Program-made: the position numbers and the translations under genes
In this document: positions 1 to 9,720 of the stretch, piece after piece
How the letters are laid out: each line of letters starts with the position of its first letter
Numbering within the stretch: position 1 is the first letter of the stretch
The notes under the pieces: generated by a model
Databases searched by the model: none
The model's input: the letters and a program-made list of their open reading frames with translations, nothing else
What the model was told of the DNA's origin: nothing
Assembly (NCBI RefSeq): GCF_006345805.1
Contig: NW_021825173.1
Location: 1-16,380 of the forward strand
Direction: 5' to 3'
Source: Octopus sinensis
Taxonomy: Eukaryota
DNA: 16,380 nucleotides

Positions 1-528
1 GTTATTAGCTAATATACAATTGGGTATACAACAAAATTTTACAATAGAATTTGTTATTCTGGGCAACTTTCTGATATCCATAATAATATTTATGGCAAAA
101 TAGTCTTAATTTCATTTAAGGTTGTGGGAAACCACTAACTATCCTTTCTTTTGCTTTGTTTACATTTAGCGGAGCGGTTCGTTTCCGCCGTAATGATTTC
201 AAATAAGCTCATTCGAAAAAGTAAAAAGAAATAGTCTAAGGCTTTACTCTCCTGGGAAAGTCTGTGGCTTGGTCCAGTTTCTTCAGAAAAATCACCGATA
301 GAAACAGTTTTTAAATTTTCACTCCATTCAGGTGCCAATTCATTTTCTTTATCGCTGTTGGAGCTCTCGGATTCACTGTTTTCACTTTCGGAAAATGAGA
401 CATCAGATTCATTATCAAATACTACATGCTTGTTTTTTTCAGTCATAGAGTTAGATTTATCAAGGTCTTCAGTAGAAAATCCTTCGCTTTTCTGACTCGC
501 TGCTTGATATAATGAAATTCATATCCAT
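1..528 (-). pseudogene. Degenerate piggyBac transposase N-terminus (PGBD/DDE_Tnp_1_7-like)
   Basis: An acidic Ser/Glu/Asp N-terminus is followed by GPSHRLSQESKALDYFFLLF..LFEIITAETNRSA. After a stop at 135-137 comes WFPTTLNEIK, then a frameshift to FAINIIMDIRKLPRI, matching the piggyBac LF...ETN.YA...W.PTT..E...F.GI.I.MG...LP motif. The probable ATG at 528 is separated from ORF 135-446 by a frameshift. Confidence 0.8.
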
Positions 529-808
529 TTTTTGTCAGAATTACAAATTTTGAAAACACAATAGGAACAAATTTCGGAAAAAAATCTCCCAAAATTCACG
601 GAATTAAAATTACACTTCGATCGTTGTACAAAACTGTAGATGAACTGTTTACGAAGTATAATCACATGTTTTCACGAATGTACTAAAGAGATTTGCTCTG
701 ATATTCTCATTTAAATATGAATAGGTAAATACGGGCGCGTTTGGGCGGTTTGGTCACATTAACCAAAATTTTTGAGGGGCGGCTTTGGGCGGTTTGGTAA
801 CGAAAAGG
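1..808 (-). mobile_element. piggyBac-like DNA transposon, 5' (left) end; the rest runs off the window
   Basis: On the minus strand TTAA (809-812) is followed by CCTTTTCGTTACCAAACCGCCC, the TTAA|CC terminus typical of piggyBac. A subterminal direct repeat TTTGGGCGGTTTGGT lies at 740-754 and 784-798, and a transposase-like frame follows downstream. Confidence 0.85.
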
Positions 809-809
809 T

Positions 810-1142
810 TAATGTCAACATCAAATTCAGCAAAGACTTTGATTTCTGAAGATGGTCATGCTGGAGTTTTGAGGAATTTCTTATGAGAGAATAAAGAATT
901 GGGAATAATGAATAAAAACTGAATTAAACTGAAATGGGTTTTGTCTATTAACTTTCATCATTGTCGTCATTTTCATCATCATCATCCTTCAGCGATAGCT
1001 TTTCTTTATATGCTGTCATGGGTGGGACAGTTTGACATGAGCTGGCAAGCCCTAATGCTGCACTAGGTTCCAGTCTGATTTGTTTTGGTTGCTTTGGATG
1101 TATTCTCCTAATATTAACCAGTTTACATTTTATGCTGTGTGC
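810..1142 (+). repeat. Paralogous copy of the ZNF 3' UTR / poly(A) region (homologous to 7143-7486)
   Basis: TAATGTCAACATCAAATTCA is identical at 810-829 and 7143-7162. Similarity is collinear through CTTTGATTTCTGAAGATG, GAGAGAATAAAGAA, GATGCTGCACTAGGTTCCAGTCTGATTTG (with substitutions) and TTTATGCTGTGTGC. AATAAA occurs at 890 and 911. Confidence 0.9.
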
Positions 1143-1147
1143 TTTAT

Positions 1148-1478
1148 ATCATCATCATTTAACATCCGCCTTCCAAGCTAGCATGGGTTGGACGATTTGA
1201 CTGAGGACTGGTGAACCAAATGGCTGCACCAGGCTCCTTTCTGATATGGCAGAGTTTCGACAGCTTGATGCCCTTCCTAATGCCAACCACTCCAAGAGTG
1301 TAGTGGGTCCTTATATATGTCACTGGCATGAAGACCTGTCAGGCAGTACTGGCAACGGCCATGCTGAAATGGTGTTTTTTATGTGGTACCAGCACTGGCA
1401 ATGACCTTGCTCGAATACTTTTTCACGTGCCAGTAAGGCAATGCTGGTAATGATAAAATGGTGCTTTTTACCTGCCAC
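1148..1478 (-). mobile_element. (GAT)n-tailed non-autonomous retroposon ('RepA', RTE-type tail), 5'-truncated
   Basis: Reads (ATC)n-ATTTAACATCCGCC..GCTAGCATGGGTTGGACG..GGCTGCACCAGGCTCC..GATGCCCTTCCTAATGCCAACC, followed by several GGTGCTTTTTACGTGCCAC-like subunits. The same sequence recurs at 1500, 7868, 10515 and 12472. Confidence 0.85.
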
Positions 1479-1499
1479 ACAGCATATATATATATATAT

Positions 1500-1652
1500 G
1501 GAAGGGCATTGGCGTTAGGAAGAGCATACTGCTGTAGAAACTCTGCCAGATCAGACTGGAGCCTGGTGCAGCCTTCTGGCTTCCCAGATCCTTGTAGAAC
1601 CGTCCAACATATGCTAGCATGGAAAACGGACGTTAAATGATGATGATGATGA
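1500..1652 (+). mobile_element. RepA retroposon copy, inverted relative to 1148-1478
   Basis: GCGTTAGGAAGAGCAT..GCTGTAGAAACTCTGCCAGATCAGACTGGAGCCTGGTGCAGCC..ATGCTAGCATGGAAAACGGACGTTAAA(TGA)n is the reverse complement of the RepA consensus seen elsewhere in the window. Confidence 0.85.
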
Positions 1653-1879
1653 CATATATATATATATACACACACATGTAAATTTATGTGTGTGTATGTA
1701 TGCATATCTAATACTATAAATGCGAATGTGTCCCACTTTTTCAACTTTACTCTTAGAGGCCGTAGCCCAACATATCATACCATTTTGGAATCAGGCTCAA
1801 TCTGTGGAAAAATTAAGAACTTTCCAGGGCGAATCTGTACCTATAAGCCTGAAATTTTGGATTCCCAAGTTAACATTAC

Positions 1880-2280
1880 GGATCTTTTCGGTTTGACCGG
1901 CAGTTTTTTATAGCAGTGTCATATGAAATTTTCGCCCATAATTATGACCCTAGTATCGATCTATTGTATTTCAATCTGTTTTAGGATTAGGGTTAGGGGT
2001 GAGGAGAAGGGTATCTTTTTTTCTTCAGAAATGTAAATAAACTCAATCTGTTTCTTAAACGAGGGACATATTCATACGGCACAGAATGTTTTTACCTTAA
2101 TAGACGTCATTGATTGGTAGAAATTGAAGAAAAAAGCCAACAAATATCTTACAAACTATAGAATATTCTCAAGAAAGCCAAGAGAAAAAAAAATTTTATC
2201 TTGACACATTCTACCAGTATACGAAGTTTAAAAGTATTTAATTAACTAGAAATTGTCTGCCGTTCAAAAGGAAAAGATCT
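1880..2280 (+). mobile_element. ~400-bp MITE-like element ('RepB'), complete copy
   Basis: Imperfect TIRs GGATCTTTTCGGTTTGACCGGCAG ... CTGCCGTTCAAAAGGAAAAGATCT. It is 401 bp long and collinear with the 401-bp copy at 11183-11583. No ORF; no clear TSD, so the superfamily is unassigned. Confidence 0.85.
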
Positions 2281-2290
2281 CTATGTGTGC

Positions 2291-2513
2291 CCCCCAACTG
2301 GACGGGACGCCAGTCCATCGCAGCATTACTCAAGAAACAGGAAAAGGGAGTGAGAGAAAGTTGTGTCGAAAGAGTACAACAGGGGTCGTCACCACCCATG
2401 CCAGAACTTCATGGAGCTACTAGGTGTTTTTGATCAATAAACACACACAACGCCCAGTCTGGGAATCGAAACCGTGAGTCTGCTGCCCTAACCACTGGGC
2501 CATTGCACCACCA
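2291..2513 (-). mobile_element. tRNA-derived SINE with a V-domain-like core
   Basis: The minus strand has A-box TGGCCCAGTGG, B-box GGTTTCGATTCCC and a shortened tRNA body. Downstream GCGATGGACTGGCGTCCCGTCCAG (2298-2321) resembles, from recall, the V-SINE conserved motif. Confidence 0.7.
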
Positions 2514-2687
2514 TACCTCCTCTGCTTAACACTTTTTATTTCTACCTCTGCTCTCAACTATACAGAAGTAACAGAAACATGCACAGCTATTTGCTGAGAG
2601 GGAGACAAGACAGACATATATATAGGGGTAGAGTTTACAAAAAAAAACAAAAGACAAAGACACGTGGTGTACAAAAACAAACAGATG

Positions 2688-3200
2688 GGATCTTTTCCTT
2701 TTGAACGGCAGTTTTCAGCACAATTCCTAGTTAAATAAACACTTTTAAAGTTCGTATACTGGTAGAATGTCTTTATAAAACATCATTTTTTCTTAGCTTT
2801 ATTGAGACAATTCTATATGTTGTAACATATTTCCACTTTAAAATCGAGCTTTTCTGCAATTTTAACCAATCAAATACGTCCATTTGGAGTCAAAACATAC
2901 CGTGCTGTATGAATATGTCCTCGTTTAAGAAACAGATTGGGTTTATTTACATTTGCGAAGAAAAAAAGATACCTTTACCCCCACCCCCACCCCTAACCCT
3001 AACTAACCTGACCCTAAAATAGATTGAAATGCAATAGATCGATACTAGGGCCATAATAATGGGTGACAATTTCAACGACAACGCTAGAAATAAATCCCAT
3101 TTTTATTTTGAACACATTCTACTACACAGTACACGAAGTTTAAAACTGTTTAATTAACTAGAATTTGTGTTGAAAACTGCCGTTCAAAGGGTAAAGATCC
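2688..3200 (-). mobile_element. RepB MITE composite, minus orientation, with a second 'right' end at 3113-3200
   Basis: Starts GGATCTTTTCCTTTTGAACGGCAG and ends CTGCCGTTCAAAGGGTAAAGATCC. The interior 2688-3080 is the reverse complement of RepB. Confidence 0.8.
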
Positions 3201-3419
3201 ATTTAGGTTAGGGTTAGGATCAGTGACAGGATGTCTCAGTTTAGAAGCAATCGATTGATTAAAATTCGAAAAATTAAACTATGTTAAACTTACAAATTAC
3301 AATTTTCTCAAGAAAGGCAAGAGAAAAAGTTGTTTTATTTTGACACATTCTACCAGTATACGAAGTTTTAAAGTGTTTAGTTAACTAGAAATTGTCTGCC
3401 GTTCAAAAGGAAAAGATCC
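3201..3419 (+). mobile_element. RepB MITE, 5'-truncated/degenerate right half
   Basis: TTAGGTTAGGGTTAGG, then TTCTCAAGAAAGGCAAGAGAAAAA..GACACATTCTACCAGTATACGAAG..CTGCCGTTCAAAAGGAAAAGATCC. Confidence 0.8.
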
Positions 3420-3429
3420 AATTTATGTG

Positions 3430-3890
3430 CTGGAAAAGGAGTAGACTTTATCAAAATAATCTGGTGTACGGGACAAAGAAAATCACTGGAGCGGAACCAA
3501 CAACTCAGCAGAGCCACCTATTGGAGAATTGAAGAAATACAATCATACGAAGGAAAGTAACTTCTACAACACAGTGAACCTCTCGATGTTATAGTAATTA
3601 TTTTTCGAAGCGGGAACCTGACAATAATTAGGAAAATATATTTGTTCGTCTTAATTAATAACTTTGAAACTGAAATGTTGATTTGATGCTTACAAAATAC
3701 TATGACCGACTGATACATGTGATAGAACTGAAATTAATTGGTAAAGTGAGAATAAAACAGCGTAATTAATTAGTAAAATGAGAGGAGTCCGATTGAAGAA
3801 TTCCACGTTAATATATGTTATCCTGTTGTTTATGAGGCATTGATAAAACGGTAAGTTGATAAAGATTTACTCTAATGTTATATTAATAAT
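3430..3890. repeat. Unclassified dispersed repeat ('RepD'), homologous to 11630-11870
   Basis: CTATTGGAGAATTGAAGAAATACAATCATACGAAGG (3518-3553) matches CTATTGGAGAATTGAGGAAATACAATCGTATCAAGG (11700-11735), and ACGGTAAGTTGATAAAGATTTA matches ACGGTAAGTTGACAAAGATTTA. Boundaries are approximate. Confidence 0.65.
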
Positions 3891-3914
3891 AGTAATGATG
3901 ATGATAATTTCAAA

Positions 3915-4257
3915 ACTGGCCCAGGGTCAGCAATCTTTAATACGAGCGATAAGTCGATTGCATGGGTCCCGGTTTTTTCCCGAAAGAGATGAAAGACAAA
4001 GTCGATCTCATCCGTATTTGAACTCAGGACTTTCCGCCGAGGTTGGCTTTGTATTTCATTCCATTCTGTGTGAAGAAAATAATAATGATGATGATGATAA
4101 TAGTATCTTTTGATAATTAAAACAATAACCGTTTGTGCTTTTGACCTGAAAATTGGCGGGAAGGCATAAGTGAATTACATGGACCCTAGTACTTGATGCT
4201 TCTTCTTATTTTTTCTACCTGGAAATGATGAAAGGGGACCTTGATGTGATTTGAACT
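3915..4257 (-). mobile_element. Degraded SINE fragments (two or three pieces)
   Basis: AAGTCGATTGCATGGGTCCC..CCCGAAAGAGATGAAAGACAAAGTCGATCTC..TTTGAACTCAG (3950-4027) and GAATTACATGGACCCTAGTACTT..ATGATGAAAGG..TTTGAAC (4170-4257) resemble each other and, from recall, a common octopus SINE. TTCCGCCGAGGTTGGCTTTG (4032-4051) is the same motif in the opposite orientation. Confidence 0.5.
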
Positions 4258-4272
4258 TTGAGAGTAATGATG

Positions 4273-4964
4273 CGATCTTTTCACTTTGACCGGCAGATTT
4301 AAAAAAAAATTTCTATGTAACTAAAACATTTTAAACTTCGTATACTGGTAGAATGTACTTAAATGTTTTTCTCTTGGCTTTCTTGAGAAAATTCTGCATT
4401 TTGTAACATATTTGATTAATTTCGGTAATTTCAACCAATTAATGACGTCTATTGAGGTGAAAACGATTTCTGGCGGCGTTATATGAAAATGTCCCTGTTA
4501 CATATTATATATTCGTTTAAGAAACAGATTGGGTTATTTACATTTCTGAAGAAAAAAAAAGATACCCTTCCCATATTGAAATGCAATAGATCGATACTAG
4601 GATCATAATTATAGGTGGACACTAAATAGGGAACGATTTTGTTATCCAGCTCTGATTACGAGTGACCCCTCAGTTTATGGCCACGGGTATCTTTTTTTTT
4701 CATAAAAAACAGACATTTTCATATGACACTGCCAGTAAATGTTACGGCAGAAATCGTTTTCACCTCAATAGATGTCTTTGATTGGTTGAAATTGCCGAAA
4801 TGCAAGAAATTAAACAACAAATATGTTACAAACTAAAGAATTTTCTCAAGAAAGCCAAGAGAAAAAAATGTTTTATAAACACATTCTACCAGTATATGAA
4901 GTTTAAAAGTGTTTAGTTACATAGAAATTATTTTAAAAATCTGCCAGTCAAAGCAAAACGATCC
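4273..4964. mobile_element. RepB MITE composite: minus copy (4273-4620) plus rearranged plus copy (about 4685-4964)
   Basis: Ends are GATCTTTTCACTTTGACCGGCAG and CTGCCAGTCAAAGCAAAACGATCC. Segments 4273-4480 and 4745-4964 are inverted copies of the RepB right half. Confidence 0.8.
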
Positions 4965-5246
4965 TAATGTGTAGGGCACTGCCCATGGGCTCATCGTAGA
5001 CAACATGAAGACAGGGACCTTCACTGCTGGATAGCTAGCGAGCTGGTCCAGAAAAGGGAATTCCGGTCGGGCAACATGAAGTCTTAAATCAAACATTTTT
5101 CTGAAAGGTAGAGGTGAAGTGTGTAGTAAACTTGTGTGGGTATACCAATGTTTCAACACCTCAATGAACTCTGACCCCTGTAAACATTGACATTAAATGG
5201 CTGACAGTGTTCATGTTGTAATATTTACAATGTTGAATTACTATGT

Positions 5247-5291
5247 CACTTAACTATCCTCTTTATCTTACTGTTTCTTTTTATATTTCAG
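5247..5291 (+). promoter_or_regulatory. Probable 3' splice acceptor for the ZNF-coding exon
   Basis: A CTTAAC branch-like motif precedes the pyrimidine tract TTACTGTTTCTTTTTATATTTCAG (AG at 5290-5291), about 360 bp upstream of the ZNF ORF. Usage is inferred. Confidence 0.5.
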
Positions 5292-5648
5292 AATATCACA
5301 TCATGATGACATGAAAGAAATTACTTCGTTCAGATATGCCTTTGATATTTTTATCAACTAAAGGAAGACGATATATTTATAAGGAGCATTCATCTATACA
5401 TCAACGTTTCTATATAAATATAATCTATGACAAACAACAGCAGAATATTTTTCTTGTCTGGAATGTAGAGGAGGTGATTGCTTTACAAGTTTGGATAACT
5501 TTACAAATGAGTTGACAGTTTTCACCTGTTGATTTAGGTATTAAGTAAGATCACAGAAGAAAGAAAGATTTACATTAAATTATTCTTTGAAAAAATTAAT
5601 GCAAATGGACACAAACATATTCATAGAAAAGAAAAAAACAATATTAAT

Positions 5649-7035
<1,387 letters not shown>

Positions 7036-7142
7036 ACCATTCAGTATTAATCTTTATTACAACAATTATGGCTATTTTTTTCTGCTGAAAGACAGGGCTA
7101 TTTTTATCTCTTCAGATATGATGTTATCAACTTCAATTTCAA

Positions 7143-7486
7143 TAATGTCAACATCAAATTCATGAATGTTATGTATATATATGGAAGTATATCAACAATG
7201 CCTTTGATTTCTGAAGATGATTGCTCTGGATTTTTGAGCAATTTGCTTTGAGAGAATAAAGAAATGGGAATAATGAATAAAAGGTTACACTGAAGTTGGT
7301 TTTGTCTATGTGTTTTCATCATTGTCGCTGTTATCATCATCATCCTTTAGTGAAAATTTTTTTCTTTACTGGCATGGGTGGCACAGTGTGACATGAGCTA
7401 GCGAACCATGATGCTGCACTAGGTTCCAGTCTGATTTGTTTGGGTTTCTTTGGATGTGTTCTCCTAATAGAGTTTATGCTGTGTGC
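7143..7486 (+). terminator. Probable ZNF 3' end with tandem poly(A) signals; paralog of 810-1142
   Basis: AATAAA at 7255-7260 and 7276-7281 is followed by the GU-rich GTTGGTTTTGTCTATGTGTTTT. Both signals are retained in the 810-1142 copy. The segment includes an old degraded RepA copy (about 7313-7469). Confidence 0.55.
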
Positions 7487-7867
7487 GTATGCACACACAC
7501 ACACATATGTGTGTATGTGTACATACATATATCATCATCATCATCATCATCCTCTGAAAAAATATATATATTTCCAATGATACCGAGGGGAAGGTGGTCC
7601 GCCATACTTTTACCAAGCAAAAATAAGGAGTTTGCTGCACATTGCGATGTCAGGGTACTTGATTCCATGCAAAAAATCTGAGTTTTTTTGTTTGTCTTTA
7701 TGAAAATATAAAAATTTACCCAAAATCCTTCTGGACTCCAAATTCTCCGAAAAAAATTGTGACAACAAATTCGTATATAATCGTAATTTAAACCATCTAA
7801 AAAGTATTATCATCATAATCTACCACATCAGTCATGGAAAATTTTGAATTACCGTTAATCTACCAAA

Positions 7868-8055
7868 TCATCATCATCATTTAACGTCCGCTTTCCATGC
7901 TAGCATGGGTTGGACGATTTGACTGAGGTCTGGCAAACCAGACTCCAATCTGATCTGGCAGAGTTTTTACAGCTCGATGCCCTTCCTAACGCCAACCAGC
8001 TGTAGAAACTCTGCCAGATCAGATTGGAGTCTGGTTCGCCAGACCTCAGTCAAAT
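7868..8055 (-). mobile_element. RepA copy (7868-7997) with a fold-back inverted duplication (7998-8055)
   Basis: (ATC)n-ATTTAACGTCCGCTTTCCATGCTAGCATGGGTTGGACG... The segment 7917-7974 matches the reverse complement of 7998-8055 at 56/58 positions. Confidence 0.9.
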
Positions 8056-8391
8056 ATATATATATATATATATGTACAAATGATGAGAAGACAAAGAAAC
8101 TGTTTAACACATCGTGACAGGGCAGTAAAAGCAGTTCCTCTGGTACTAAAATTCGTGTGATGGGTGAAAAGTTATTTGACCATTGGCGACGGAAAATGGG
8201 AGAAACTATTAAATAGATAACTTGACACTTGCTCAGGAATTAAACAATGAAGATATTTATGTTTGTGGTGGCGAAGTTATGTGATCTGCAGTAGAGTAGA
8301 CTAAATCGCCTCCCACCAAGCAGACCAACTTCGTGGCCTTAGAGTGTGTAGGCAAGGGAAGAGAGATGCAAAAACAAAAAAAAAATGAGAA

Positions 8392-8782
8392 TTATATATA
8401 TATATAAGGCTGAAGTTGTCTGTGTATGGCAGGTTTGGTAAATAACACTATCTCCTCCAAGACCCTGCAGCGCAAGTTGACCAAACTTGAGAGTATGATA
8501 GAAGAAGGCTTGCTCTTCCTTCCTTAGAAGAAAAAATTCAAATCGGACCATGTTAACACCAAAAATTATTTACATCACAAAGGTGCTTTTTCTCTATGAA
8601 AATCCCTATTTTTTACGATTTTTTGACTGCTGTGTCGTCATTTTTCGGTGTGTTTCAACCAGAAAAATGTTCAATTAAAGAGGATAACAAGCTACATAAT
8701 GCAAAATTTTACTTTTCAAAAATTCCAATTCTAAAGGGTCGAAAAGAAAACAAGCCCGAGCAACGCTGGGCTATACTGCTAG
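8392..8782 (+). mobile_element. Non-autonomous Helitron (~390 bp)
   Basis: The 3' hairpin GCCCGAGCAACGCTGGGC (8754-8771) is followed by CTAG (8779-8782) and T, the canonical Helitron 3' end. The 5' end is inferred at A|TTATATATATATAAGG, degenerate from the expected TC start. Confidence 0.65.
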
Positions 8783-8804
8783 TATATATATAAAGGGCAA
8801 TGTG

Positions 8805-9720
8805 TAAAGACTCCCTTCAGTCATTAATGACCATGGTATTGCATCTAGGAAGTTCACCTCAAAGGCACAACTCCAGGCAAGGTTCTTTTCACGGAAGACC
8901 AGCTTTGCCCATGCACACCAGTCTCCCCTCTCATCATCATCATCATTGTTCGACCGTAGTCGAGACAATGGAATTTACCATGTTACGCCAGACTTCACAC
9001 GGTCCATCATGGCATTACGGAGGTCCTGTTGCTGGATGCCTGTATCCCTGGAGATTACATCAGGGTAGGAGAGTGTGCGCCCTCTGGTATTGTGAGTAGA
9101 TGTCTTCCAGAGGAGAAGGGTAGAAATTGCCTCGTTTTCCGCTCTACAACAATGTCCAGCAAACTGGACTCTCCTACCTTTCACAAGAGATGACACAGGT
9201 GGTAGTTTCCTATATATTTGCATTTTGGTTGGATGGTGCCTCCACGAGAGATTTTGAGCTCTCATAAGGAGGCGAGTGTAGGTTCCATCCAACCGCCTCT
9301 CAAGCTTCTTTGATAACGTCCAGGTTTCTGAGCCATATAGTAGAATTGGTTCGACTGTGACTTTGAAGATTTCAAGTTTGAAGTCTCTACTTAGATTTGA
9401 TGACCAGATCTTATGCATGTCATTACAGGCTGACCAGGCCATACCCTTTCTAGTTAGAAAGTCTTTCCCAGATGATGATATGTATGACCCAAGGTATTTG
9501 TAATCAGTCTCCTCCTACAGGCCACCAATGTCATCCAAGTGAAGGCCAAAAGCCAATACAGCTTGGCACCAGTGATGTTGCTCATTTCTAGAGGTGAGTG
9601 AACTGGACCACCATGAAATAAAGTGTCTTGCTCAAGAACACAACACACAGCCTTGTCCAGGAATCAAAATCACTACATGATTGTGAACCCAGCATTCTAA
9701 CCACTGAGCTATGTGCATCT
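8805..9720 (-). mobile_element. tRNA-derived CORE-like SINE split by an RTE insertion (pieces about 8805-8930 and 9505-9720)
   Basis: The minus-strand head is ATAGCTCAGTGGTTAGAATG..GATTCC, followed by the CORE-like GTGTTCTTGAGCAAGACACTTTA. The tail resumes after the LINE at GGAGACTGGTGTGCATGGG. Confidence 0.7.
8931..9504 (-). mobile_element. 5'-truncated RTE-clade LINE (C-terminal part of the RT ORF)
   Basis: Frame reads DYKYLGSYISSSGKDFLTRKGMAWSACNDMHKIW..VEPILLYGSETWTL..RRLDGTYTRLLMRA..RRVQFAGHC, containing the RTE-type YLGS / LLYGSETW / FAGH motifs. It has a (TGA)n 3' tail at 8931-8946 and a flanking repeat CAGTCTCC at 8919 and 9505. Confidence 0.9.

Noticed and set aside
1987-3217. TTAGGG/CCCTAA runs as interstitial telomere or chromosome-fusion scars
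   Set aside because: There are only 2-3 units, always at the same internal position of RepB copies.
1379-4113. Short ORFs 1379-1744, 1458-1640, 1686-1913, 3518-3718, 3856-4113
   Set aside because: They cross microsatellites and repeat boundaries and show no recognisable domains.
7831-7849. 18/19 inverted match to 13671-13689 (ATT(C/A)AAAATTTTCCATGAC)
   Set aside because: It is short and AT-rich, and does not extend convincingly on either side.
8060-8340. Possible coding remnant (..KIRVMGEKLFDHWRRKMGETIK..)
   Set aside because: It is interrupted by stops and I recognise no family; a translated search would be needed.
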